NCBI RefSeq assembly: GCF_001194135.2
Contig: NC_068983.1
Span: forward strand, 34,656,253 to 34,689,093
DNA: 32,841 nucleotides
Source of the DNA: Octopus bimaculoides
Lineage: Eukaryota
Direction: 5' to 3'
A program made the translations under genes and the position numbers. This document shows positions 9,309 to 20,968 of this stretch, in pieces (positions within the stretch are counted from its first letter, which is position 1; every line of letters starts with the position of its first letter). A model generated the notes under the pieces. That model was not told the DNA's origin and made no database searches. It saw only the letters and a program-made list of their open reading frames with translations.

Positions 9309-11791
9309 TTGTCGAATTGAAAGGTGTTATAGTATGATATTTCTGAAATTTGGCAACATAAATACTTCAAGAAATATATTAAATATTGAAATAATTAGCT
9401 TACTACTGTCGTNNNNNNNNNNNNNNNNNNNNNNNNNNNNNNNNNNNNNNNNNNNNNNNNNNNNNNNNNNNNNNNNNNNNNNNNNNNNNNNNNNNNNNNN
9501 NNNNNNNNNNNNNNNNNNNNNNNNNNNNNNNNNNNNNNNNNNNNNNNNNNNNNNNNNNNNNNNNNNNNNNNNNNNNNNNNNNNNNNNNNNNNNNNNNNNN
9601 NNNNNNNNNNNNNNNNNNNNNNNNNNNNNNNNNNNNNNNNNNNAGAGAGAGAGAGAGAGAGTGCGTGTTTTTCTGGTAGATCTTTGTAATGATATAAAAA
9701 GCTCAGATTCTGAGTACAAGTTTTCGATTTGAAACGTAAAGATCGGGAAGAAATGCTACGAAATATTATTTCTGTTGCTTTTTGTTATTCTGGCAGGTCA
9801 TCTCATTATTTCTTGATAATAAAAGAAAAAGAGCTCTATACAGTAGTTATGTATATGTGTAAGTGTGCGTATATGTGTAAGTTATGTATATGCGTGTCTC
9901 TACCATTGTGTGTGTACGTGTCTTTGTGTGTGCCTCTGTGTGCGTCTGTGTGTGTATGCATGTAGATATTGTCTAGAATAAAAATGAATCACTTGTTCAC
10001 TGGTATAAAGCAAAACGCTACAACACCCATTTTCACTCTCTGTTATACTAAACCGAAAATAAAACAGTATAAAGTACAGAATAACTCAGAAATTAAGGAG
10101 ACAAACTATAATACTTGGAACAGGCATATAGTGGATTCCGTTAAGGAAATCGATGCGAGAGTAGCATTTAGTCAGTGAACTTCAATTATGTGTTGTTTAG
10201 TTAGTTTTGCTCTGAATTTGAATCACACACGATTGGCTTTAAGGCCGATTAGTTTAAGCACAAGCACGTATCTAGTAATTCAGAGCATAAATCGTATTGT
10301 GTCGACTCCACGATGACACTGGCAGATATTTTGTCTACTCAAGAAGAATGAAAGCAGAGCTATAAATGCAGAATCTGAACGCATAATGTTAGTTGATAAA
10401 AAAGAAACTCAAAACAATTTTTCTGCGCCCTATTCGTCTGCCACACATGGCGTTCGCACATCTATAGAATTAAAACATTTAACTAGATTCGTTGAAATTT
10501 GAAATTAAAACATGTCACGTCTGTATTAAATTTACATGTATAGGCAGACAGGTCGACTGGACAAGCTCTTGCAAATACCTTTATAAGCCGTGAATTAAAG
10601 ACTATGCAAGTCGCTTCGTAATGTCACTGGATTAGATGAATTAAACACTACTCCGTTGATTTACTCAAATACCAGATTTAAAGAAAATAATTATGAGAAT
10701 TTTTGTCTGCATTTGAACAACGTCATCAAAGATGTTAACCCCCACAGAGGTGGAGATAAGGACTGGCCCTTAGGTACAGTTTACAAATCATAAAACATAC
10801 TTTCTCTTCAGTTTCTCTCTCTCTCTTTTTCTCTCTCCCACTCTCTCTCCCTTTCTCTATTAAATTAATTTAGTTAACTTTTTCCGACATCATGTGCTGT
10901 TCAAATTGTATTAATGTCGGTTAATAATTAAGCATATTAACGGTACATATTATACATTGAATAAGGCACGAGCGAATTCATTACCAAAAAAATGGCTGCA
11001 AGCACTTACGATAACATGCCATCTAAACATACTCTAAAGTATACAATTTCTGAGTTTTAAGAAATGTGACTACTTATAAAGATTTATCATTTTCTATATT
11101 AGTTTTTGGATTTAGGGCCTCCGGTATAGGACGCCATTTAATATTATTCCAAAGCTTATCTTTAAATTCGTTTACGTTGTAAAAATAATTATGATGGCAT
11201 TTTCATACGGCAGTATCTGAACAAATCCAAGTAGTTATTATCGAGACATTTGGCACCAGTTCCTGCAATTATTGGAGGTGAAATCATCGGTTGCATTTGT
11301 ACCTTTTACAGATACAAAAGTAAATAAACGCTCACATACACGCACATACACACACACACGCACACAAACACACAAATGTGCAGGCAAGAACACATTCCAA
11401 TACACATGAATCCGCATGTTGAGTGTATGCATGTATATCTGTGTGTTTGTAGANNNNNNNNNNNNNNNNNNNNNNNNNNNNNNNNNNNNNNNNNNNNNNN
11501 NNNNNNNNNNNNNNNNNNNNNNNNNNNNNNNNNNNNNNNNNNNNNNNNNNNNNNNNNNNNNNNNNNNNNNNNNNNNNNNNNNNNNNNNNNNNNNNNNNNN
11601 NNNNNNNNNNNNNNNNNNNNNNNNNNNNNNNNNNNNNNNNNNNNNNNNNNNNNNNNNNNNNNNNNNNNNNNNNNNNNNNNNNNNNNNNNNNNNNNNNNNN
11701 NNNNNNNNNNNNNNNNNNNNNNNNNNNNNNNNNNNNNNNNNNNNNNNNNNNNNNNNNNNNNNNNNNNNNNNNNNNNNNNNNNNNNNNNNNN

Positions 11792-11847
<56 letters not shown>

Positions 11848-12212
11848 GTATATATATACTTATATACATGTATATTTATACATATACATACATATATGCA
11901 TAAATATAGACATACAAATATATATATGTGTGTGTGTGTGGACATATATATGTATGTATTTGTATATATACACACATGTGTGTGAGCGTGAGTGTGTGTG
12001 CATGTGAGTGTGTGTGCATGTGAGTGTGTGTGTGTGGACATATGTATGTATTTGCCTAATATACATATTTGTGCGTGAGTGTGATGTGTATGTGTGAGTG
12101 TGCGTGCGTGCGTGTCTGTGTGTGTGTGTGTGGGTGTGTGTGTGTGTTTGTGTGTGTGCATGTGTCTGTGTATCTCTGTGTGTCTGTGTGTATGTGTGTA
12201 TATATGTTATTT
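11792..12212. repeat. Long compound (TA)n/(TG)n degenerate microsatellite field
   Basis: Directly visible; source of several spurious HT/YI/VC-rich ORFs. Confidence 0.95.
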
Positions 12213-12483
12213 ATTTGTGTGGATCTATACGTAACAGGTTTCGAAGGACTTAGGCAGGCTCATGTTTAAGTCGTAATGTATATAATTATAAGTAGGAATC
12301 GAATATCGCGTTATGCAGACGAGGTAAGCGTAAAAGAAAGAAGAATATAGAGAGGCAGGAGTAATTAGCTGGGGTAAATGGAAAACGGCTTACTTTTGAT
12401 TTCAGAGTTATTGATGGATTAAGAGATACAACAAAATGCCAATTATATTTGCAATTCAGGAATATACATATATAGGACACACA

Positions 12484-12517
<34 letters not shown>

Positions 12518-12533
12518 CCTCTCTCTCTCCTTC

Positions 12534-12588
<55 letters not shown>

Positions 12589-12697
12589 TCTTTCTCCTAT
12601 TTCTACCAGCATCTGTACTTATGTATTCATATATATATTCGTGTGTCTGCCTGTCTGTATGTATATATTTATATGTATGTATGTATGTATATGCGTG

Positions 12698-12736
<39 letters not shown>
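12484..12736. repeat. (CT)n followed by (TA)n/(TATG)n microsatellites up to a gap
   Basis: Directly visible. Confidence 0.95.
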
Positions 12737-13239
12737 NNNNNNNNNNNNNNNNNNNNNNNNNNNNNNNNNNNNNNNNNNNNNNNNNNNNNNNNNNNNNNNN
12801 NNNNNNNNNNNNNNNNNNNNNNNNNNNNNNNNNNNNNNNNNNNNNNNNNNNNNNNNNNNNNNNNNNNNNNNNNNNNNNNNNNNNNNNNNNNNNNNNNNNN
12901 NNNNNNNNNNNNNNNNNNNNNNNNNNNNNNNNNNNNNNNNNNNNNNNNNNNNNNNNNNNNNNNNNNNNNNNNNNNNNNNNNNNNNNNNNNNNNNNNNNNN
13001 NNNNNNNNNNNNNNNNNNNNNNNNNNNNNNNNNNNNNNNNNNNNNNNNNNNNNNNNNNNNTATGTATGTATGTATATGCGTGTGTATATATACATATATA
13101 CATATATGCATATATATACATGTGTGTGCGTGTGTGTATGTGTATGAAAAAATTTACAGTAGCGAATTCATTACGAGACCACTTTCTTTTCACTATCGTT
13201 TTTACACTTTCTTTTTTGCAGGGGCCCTCTCGAACTATA

Positions 13240-13890
13240 CCTTTTGTGTTTCTCTTTCCTTTATATCTTCATTACCTGCTCTTCCCTTTTCCCTTTTATA
13301 CCTTCCTCATCCTCTCTCCTCCCCCTTCCCTTTCATATTTTTATCCTTTACCCGCTTCTCTCTGCCTCCCTTTGTCTCTCTTTACCTCTCTCCCTCTCTC
13401 TCCCATATCTTCTGCTTTTTTTCTTATCTCCCCCTTTCCCTTTCATATCCTCTCCTTTTCCCACTTTCCTTTGTTTCTCTCTACATCTACCCCACTCCCT
13501 CTCTGTTTCTTACCTCCTACCTTTTCTCTCCTCTACCTCTGTCTCTCTTTCCTCTTCACACCTTCTTCCTTTTCTCACTTTTCTCTCTGTTCCGTTTTCT
13601 CTCTCTACATCTACCTCTCCCACTCACATCTCCCCTCTCCCTCATATACTTCTCATTTTCCCTCCTCTTCTCACTCCGTCTCTCCCTTTCCCACATACCC
13701 TTTATTCTCTCCTCTCGCTCCCTTACTCTGTCTCTCTTTCTCTTCCCCTCTTCTACCTCCCTCTGTCTCGTTATCGCTCCCCATTTCTGCTTCTTTATAT
13801 CCCCCTCACTCTTTACTTCATATCTCCCTTTGTTTTTCTTACTCCTTAACTCCACCTGCCTCCACTTCCTCTCTATCCTTTCCTGACCCC
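13240..13890. repeat. About 650 bp non-periodic polypyrimidine (CT-rich) low-complexity tract
   Basis: The plus strand is overwhelmingly C/T with scattered purines. Confidence 0.9.
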
Positions 13891-13899
13891 CGGAGCTTA

Positions 13900-16180
13900 G
13901 AAAACGAAGATGACACCAAAGTGGGAGAGCAAAGAATTGAATCTTCTGTTGCAACTATGGCCGATTACTAGCGCGATCCACCAAACATCACTGCTGTACA
14001 GAAGAACAATGGCTTCTGTAGAACCATTGAGCAGATAGAGCGGAAGAAAAATGAATTTATCCGATCCTATGCCCTTATTAGTCAACACACTGACACTCTT
14101 GATGTCATGATGGAAAAATATTGTGGCAAGGCTGGAAAGGATAGGGAAAACGAAGCATAAACCAAAAATCTCTATGATGCAGTGGTTCCTCAAAAGAATG
14201 GATCCCACACCCTTATGAACAACCAGGCTGATAAGGATAGGGAAGCTAAGGAAGCAACAACTATATGTCCCGCGTGCTTGTGGTCCTACAAAGGAACGGA
14301 GTACTCACCCCATTGGACAGCCAGAGGAAAGCAAGTGCCACCACCAGAAAAGGAAGGAAAGAACACGAACACAAATATAAAGAAGGAAGGGATGAAACAG
14401 GAATAGGAAAATAACTGAAACCGAAACACCAAACCACTAAACAAGAAAACAGAAAACTCCAATATGGAGGCTCCAATGGAATTCAAAACCCTAGAAGAGA
14501 GATATTTGGAGTGAACTTAAGGACCTGCAAATTTTACCTGCAAGGCAAATGTTGGCATGGGGAAGACGGTACAAATCGTCGGTTTGCTCACCCGAGATTG
14601 CACCAAAACTACAGGGGCCTTAAAGAAAAATGCTTCCCTGAGGAAAGGCACCAATTGCATCTCAAAGAAAAAATATACAAATGCAGTGCGTTTTTCAGAT
14701 TTTATGCGCAAGGCAGCAACTGAATAAGAGTCTTTTTTTTTGCATGTCGCAAAAGATTGTGTTGCAGCTGACCTGGCTACATCAAGTGCAAACAAAGAAT
14801 TTTGCCCACCAGTGCGCATGACCACCACAATCAACAGACACGGGATTTCCACCCCTAATGCCTGCACAATCGTCACGCCAATATTTTTGCTAAATATTGG
14901 GGGCCTGTTACATCACAACAACCAAAGCAATTTTTTTTTCCCGAAAGACGTTGCTGCATACAATCAACCCCTATGCATAGCATTCGTGGAAACTCATATG
15001 AGCCCTGATTTAGAGGATGCATAATACACGTACCAAAATATACCATACTGCGAACAGACAGAAGGGAAAGGAGCCATGCTGTGTACATCCCTGAATACCT
15101 CACACCCCAGGTGTTATTGTCATACTCAAATTCAGTATGTGACACTTTAATTGTATACATAAGACAACACAATATAGCCATATGCAATACATATCGCCCA
15201 CCGATTGCTCCAAACCACATAGGAAAGTTTGAAGATTGCCTCATGAGAATTAAAGAAATCCTCATGAAAATGGATCACCATATGAGCGTATTTCTTATAG
15301 GTGATTTCAACTTCACCAATGTCAAATGGCTCGAAGGCCTCATGCTCTGAGGAATTACCCATTGCAAACAAGCACAGGTGGTGTCCCTGCTCAAACTCAG
15401 CAATGCCCTATTCATGGAGCAAGCTGTACTCAGACCAACTTGGGCGAATAACATTCTGGATCTCAGCTTCACGAACAATATGGACATCATTCATGACGTG
15501 AAAGTGACGCCGACATTAGTTTCGGATTACAACATATGTATGGACCAAAAGTAGCCACGATATACAGCCTAAAGGAAGCACCCGAAATCTATCCAATCTG
15601 AACTTCCACAAAGCAGACTGGAAATCGATCCAAAAAGAGATCCTCAGACAGGACTGGCCGAAATGTCTCTCCACACTAGACATTTGCATGAAAGTAGAAT
15701 TTTTCATGTCTGTTGTGCAAGCCATATGCCAGAAATATGTCCCAGAGCACAAGGTAAACACAAAAGGGAACAAGATTCCAAGGGAAAGCAAGATCCTCAT
15801 GAAACGATGGACGAAGGTTGAAAATCGCTTCAACCAACATTCCAAAAGTAGTGGAAGATCCCGCCTAAAACCAACATCGAAAGAGATTGAAAAAAGCCTG
15901 CAATAATCCTATGTGAAGGGGAGAGCAGACATTGAAGCCTGGGTTATAAAAATCATTAAGTCAAACCCAGAGGCTTTCTTTCATGATGCCAAAGAAACAG
16001 CCTCGGTACGCTGCAGGATAGGACCCCTCTTCCAAAAGGATGGCTCCCTTACAGATAGTCAAACCAGGATCAGTGAGGTAGTGAACGACCAGTTCAAACA
16101 TATCTTTACCACCCTATTGGAACAGACAAGTGAACGAACCTGTAGATTTCTTTGCCGCCTCACCTATAACCAGTAAGGCA
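13900..16180 (+). mobile_element. CR1-like LINE 5' half: ORF1 with decayed CCCH fingers plus ORF2 APE endonuclease and linker; RT absent
   Basis: ORF1: TCKFYLQGKCWHGEDGTNRRFAHPRL (about 14523-14600). ORF2 endonuclease motifs in order across frameshifts and stops: FLLNIGGL, IAFVETH, NTYRPP, FLIGDFNF, NNILDLSFTN, VSDYN. The linker reads NFHKADWKSIQKEI...QKYVPEH...IKSNPEAFF...IGPL...NDQFKHIFTT...QVNEPVDFFA. The 5' boundary is approximate. Confidence 0.85.
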
Positions 16181-16224
16181 CTTGTTAACTCTTGTGGGTT
16201 CGAACCCACAAGAGTTAACAAGTG
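16179..16224. repeat. Perfect 46-bp palindrome with no spacer
   Basis: CACTTGTTAACTCTTGTGGGTTC|GAACCCACAAGAGTTAACAAGTG; the two 23-nt arms are exact reverse complements (checked base by base). Confidence 0.98.
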
Positions 16225-16445
16225 AGACAGAGACAGGCAGAAGCAAGAAAAATGCCGCTGTTACTTGAATACTATACAAATATGTCTTTAAAAAGACTTC
16301 TTTTAAATTTACCAAAATTCAATTTTTCAATAATTTTTCAAAAATCTATTATTCATATTTACTGTTGAAAAGATCTCAAGGATCGAAACTGGTTCTGTAA
16401 TGTTCTTTATAAAAGTATTTTAGCATTTTCTACTTTGTCTTTTTT

Positions 16446-16477
<32 letters not shown>

Positions 16478-16580
16478 NNNNNNNNNNNNNNNNNNNNNNN
16501 NNNNNNNNNNNNNNNNNNNNNNNNNNNNNNNNNNNNNNNNNNNNNNNNNNNNNNNNNNNNNNNNNNNNNNNNNNNNNNNN

Positions 16581-16617
<37 letters not shown>

Positions 16618-16939
16618 AGAGAAACAGTTATTTTTGAAAGCTTGTTTCTCTACTTTGTGGGTTTAAATATCTGAGAATTATTTATATTTTCGTGCAACTC
16701 AAGCCAATGACAAAAACGTGACATGTTAAACTTGTGTCGAGAGAACTCCAGAAATTTATGGATATGTCGAGGATTTCCTATGTACAAATGTATTATATCT
16801 GTTCATAATTCACCTTTATTGGTACGTAACATTGAGTAGTTACATCGTTTATGTGAAATATGACCATATGCAATTGTATGTCTACATTCATTCCAGGAGT
16901 TGCAATAGAAAAATCGTTGAAATGTTTACAAATATTTAC

Positions 16940-17041
16940 TCTGACATGACTGAACTGGATCTGGAGGAAGTAACGTTGTTTTGCACTTCCTTCTTAAACT
17001 CCTGCATTTCCTGCATCCATGCTAATCTGTTGTCACATAAA
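16940..17041 (-). CDS. Candidate internal exon (102 nt, phase 2-2) of an unidentified gene
   Basis: AG|T TTA TGT...TCA GA|GTAAAT. Stop-free: LCDNRLAWMQEMQEFKKEVQNNVTSSRSSSVMS. Length is divisible by 3 and I recognise no TE motif. The acceptor polypyrimidine tract is only moderate. Confidence 0.4.
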
Positions 17042-17809
17042 CTAGGCATTTACGTATTTGAGAACAAATGAGAACCTATAGCTTAGATAAAGTAATTATA
17101 TGTATCTTATAGTAGTAGTTCATTTCATTTACTAATTTGAAGCTATTTTCGTATCAATTGAGAAGCTATCCTCTGCAAGATGACACGTTTCATAATTCAT
17201 AGAACAATATCAAATCTGTTGATTTATTCGCAGGTATTATTGAAATGTTCCATCTATGTTAATCGTTTTTCGAAGTATGCACATATTCTCATTGTGATGA
17301 GCATTTCATATGAAATTCAAGAAAATTATTCCTACGGCTAGAATAGTTAAGTTACACTGTCGTTGCCATGCATCATAGAAAGTTAGAAGATTGCGTTCAT
17401 GGTTAGCAGATATGGGTAATATGCTGTATATAAATACACACACATACGCACACACACAAGCACATACACACACAGGCGCGCGCGCGCGCAAATACACGCA
17501 CACATTTCCATAGACAGATTGCTAGGTCTTAAATACACACGGCCTGTGTGTTATTTGAAAAACAGGACACTTATCATTTTGAGGAGACGCGAGTATGCAA
17601 AAGATAGAACGAAAGAAAAAAAAGGTGAATAAAAAGCGGATAAAGTAGAGAAGAAAATGAAGAATTGCGTCTCCTTCCTTGTCCCCAACTTTTTACAGTC
17701 GAAACCATGAAGCTTCATCACCCTATCAGATGTGTTTGATAAACGCAGATGTGTATGAACCTGAAGGCACAACAGTGCATCAAATTAAGGTAATGAAGAA
17801 GAAAATTAT

Positions 17810-18105
17810 GTAAGCTGATGCGAGGGCAGTTTAAAGAAAAGAAAAGTAAAACACTCATTTTCTTTCGGAGACAAAGTTGGTTAGTCATATATGGAATTTG
17901 AAGACCAACGATACACCATATACAATCAAGCGTGGCATGGTGAAGAAATCGGACCCATATATGAATAGATCAAAACGATGCAAGCTACGTGGAGCTAAAA
18001 GTTCTCATATCCTTTTCATATCCAAGAATTTCTCCACACTACTTAATTTAAGATTCGATACTTTTAGCAAATGAAAACATATGGACAAATTTTAGTTGTC
18101 AAACG
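17810..18105 (+). mobile_element. Degenerate Penelope-like GIY-YIG endonuclease C-terminus (second lineage)
   Basis: VSHIWNLKTNDTPYTIKRGMVKKSDPYMNRSKRCKLRGAKSSHILFISKNFSTLLNLRFDTFSKxKHMDKF resembles the Penelope/Poseidon-type end LSKxIWxLK...YxIKWxI...Y...SKRCxLCxxEK..I......LLNxRxE..SKCRHxNKF. Confidence 0.75.
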
Positions 18106-18317
18106 GGAGACACCGTCCTCTCCGACTTGAGCTGTTGTCTCACAAACTCTGGCCTTCTCCCAATTGAATTATTCTTCATCAGCTACATTAATTATGATTT
18201 CAACGGTCGAAAGGAATGCAGCTCTTAATTTCTTTCAGTCTTCTTTTTCGGAGTTTTATTTTCATTTTGTATTCTTTTGCATCAACTTTCTTGTAGTTTC
18301 TTCTCGTGTTTTCTCAC

Positions 18318-18413
18318 AGAAATCCTTGCGTTTTCTTTGCTTTTTCAGTATGACCAAACATGTGCATCCAAGCCCGAATAATTTCTTGCAGGCATAGGTC
18401 ACGATATAAAAAT
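18318..18413 (-). CDS. Candidate internal exon (96 nt, phase 2-2) of an unidentified gene
   Basis: Strong acceptor TCTTCCTTTTGTTAATAG|A and donor TTTCT|GTGAGA. Stop-free: FLYRDLCLQEIIRAWMHMFGHTEKAKKTQGF. Phase-compatible with 16940-17041. Confidence 0.35.
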
Positions 18414-18654
18414 CTATTAACAAAAGGAAGACCCTCGGCCATATAACCACATAGGGACTTGTACTTTTATCCTTCCCTCCAGATCGTTCCTCTCCTCTTT
18501 CCGACAAGGTGCTCAAAACGCTCTACACCCATTTTTTTTTCTTTCTTTCGCATCTTGCATACTGCGCCTGAAGATAGTGTATTCCGTGTGTACGTTCTTT
18601 TGACTTTTGCCATTTTAATTTTCGATTTACCTATATACATATGTGTATGTGTAT

Positions 18655-19015
18655 GTAAAAAGGTTTAAGGATGGCATAAGGACTGCTATGAAGTCAATTG
18701 GAATGGCTCCAAAAGATATAGAAGTCCTCGCTTCAGATCGAGTTGGATGGCGAACAAGGGTGTGGAGTGGAGTGAAAGCATTTGAAGAGGCCAGGATGAT
18801 GCAAGCAGGGCTCAAGAGACATTTAAGGAAAAAGGTGAAGACTGAGAAGGTGAATGACAAGGACCTTTTTGTGTGCACAGTCTGTGACAGACCATGTCTG
18901 TCCTTGGCTGGCCTCAAATCTCACCTGCGAACCCATGGAAAACAAACCTCACCCAGCTATTCTGATTATATGTCTGTGCACACGTTTGAATGTGGTGTGT
19001 GCCAGAGGGTTTGCA
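18655..19015 (+). mobile_element. RTE-clade LINE ORF 3' end with C2H2 zinc fingers, 5'-truncated, running into a gap
   Basis: Stop-free KRFKDGIRTAMKSIGMAPKDIEVLASDRVGWRTRVWSGVKAFEEAR matches the RTE C-terminal RxKD...WExLAxDRxxWR...G...FE motif. It is followed by FVCTVCDRPCLSLAGLKSHLRTH (C-x2-C-x12-H-x3-H, 18874-18936) and the start of a second finger, FECGVCQRVC. Confidence 0.88.
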
Positions 19016-19296
19016 NNNNNNNNNNNNNNNNNNNNNNNNNNNNNNNNNNNNNNNNNNNNNNNNNNNNNNNNNNNNNNNNNNNNNNNNNNNNNNNNNNNNN
19101 NNNNNNNNNNNNNNNNNNNNNNNNNNNNNNNNNNNNNNNNNNNNNNNNNNNNNNNNNNNNNNNNNNNNNNNNNNNNNNNNNNNNNNNNNNNNNNNNNNNN
19201 NNNNNNNNNNNNNNNNNNNNNNNNNNNNNNNNNNNNNNNNNNNNNNNNNNNNNNNNNNNNNNNNNNNNNNNNNNNNNNNNNNNNNNNNNNNNNNNN

Positions 19297-19341
<45 letters not shown>

Positions 19342-20770
19342 CATACATACATATATATACGTATATATATTCATACATATATATGTAAGTATGCAAATAT
19401 GTATGTATGTGTGTGTGTAATATTTATGATCGTATGTATACATGTATAATCGAGCGTAATTCTAAAATTGTTCACTTAATCTGCTTACAAGAATTTCTTA
19501 CGTGCAAACATGTGTGTGTATGTATATTTAATGTAGCACTCCTTAAGAAAACCATAAACCGGATCAAGCAAGGAAGAAATATAATAACGCTAATGGCAAT
19601 ATGTTTCCAACCATGACCAATACTCCATTCTACCATGAACTTATATATACATCATTACTTAGAAAGTAAGTTTGTCTACGCACTTAAAATCAGCAGTCAA
19701 ATCTTCCTCAGACATCGATCAGACATCGACATCTTTATATATACATGGGTAATTGAACTTTGATAATGCCCCATCGTAAAGCAATACTTTTTCACTACTA
19801 ATCATTTTCTTAAACGATTAATCAAAATGTCTTCAATATCAGGTAATTTTCTTGTTTTTTTTTGTTTTTTTGTTTTTGGTTAGTCCATGCGTATTTCTGT
19901 ATCTGTGCTTTTGTCGTTATTGATTATTGTCATTGTTCAGTCCTCTATCCGTCCTGATCAAGCAAACCTATCACTTGACATCACTTTCCTTTTAAGATAT
20001 CATGTATCTAAGACTACATCATCAAATGCGACTTAGTGTTTTTAAGACTTTCAGACAGTAATTTTTTATTTAAAACATAATTCGCTTTTATTTCTAGTTG
20101 GACAAACCAGCATATAGAAGCACCCTCATTCTCTCCTCTGAGTATTGTGTTGTTATGTGTGTATACCTTCCTGTGGAGATATCTGCATTGGTGATTGTAG
20201 CTCTAATTCTGCGTGTTTGTGTGAACGAACATGCATCATGCAACTTCGCTTTCAAACATGGTTGTTCACATACTCACATGAACCACCCTCTCATACTGTT
20301 TCTGTATGGGTGGATAGGGATACACCTGAGTTAAGTGCGACTTTAACTTAGTTCTGATGCAGAGCCTGAATATTTTCTCTTCCTATATTACAGCTATTAC
20401 GCAAAGATCCTGTTTTCTGCTAGGGTAAAAATGATCAAAGTGTAATATTTTCCTAAACTTTTTTCTGTAATAATCGAATCAAACACAGATTCAACGTGGA
20501 AAAAGTACATCAATATACTAATTTTCGATTAGTTCTAAATTTTCTAGATCTGTGACAACATGGTAGACTTACTGCCTTTCAATACATTTTTACCACACTC
20601 TCTCTCCTTCGCTATACAAGTATATCACTCATGCTGATTGTATATGTGTGTTTGTCGGTGTGTGAGTAGGAATGTGTGTATGGAACTTCATTAGAGGCAA
20701 GGAGTGATTTGAAAAGGTATGTAGACGATAATTTATTTTCTGTTTGTAAATACGTTTTTTGTTACGCACG

Positions 20771-20816
<46 letters not shown>

Positions 20817-20968
20817 AACTCACTTGACGCTGGTTTGGAATTAAACATCTAAATTACAATTTATTTGTTATTTTGTTGTTGCTTTCATACCACCAAAGTA
20901 CCACTGCATAATCATTCCAGATAATGTGTTAATGGAGAGAAAATTCAGAAAAATTGTATTCCATTCAT

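Noticed and set aside
11238-13971. Very long ORFs (up to 511 aa) in the ORF track; likewise 18643-19449 beyond 19015 and 29882-30851
   Set aside because: They are held open by N runs and dinucleotide or pyrimidine low-complexity sequence, and the translations are YI/HT/VC/LS repeats.
17476-17489. (GC)7 run within a (CA)n tract (Z-DNA-prone)
   Set aside because: An ordinary microsatellite variant in this genome; no CpG island or promoter context.
17697-17760. Minus-strand AG…GT segment encoding VHTHLRLSNTSDRVMKLHGFD
   Set aside because: Weak donor (GTAAAA), and phase 0-1 is incompatible with the flanking phase-2 candidates.
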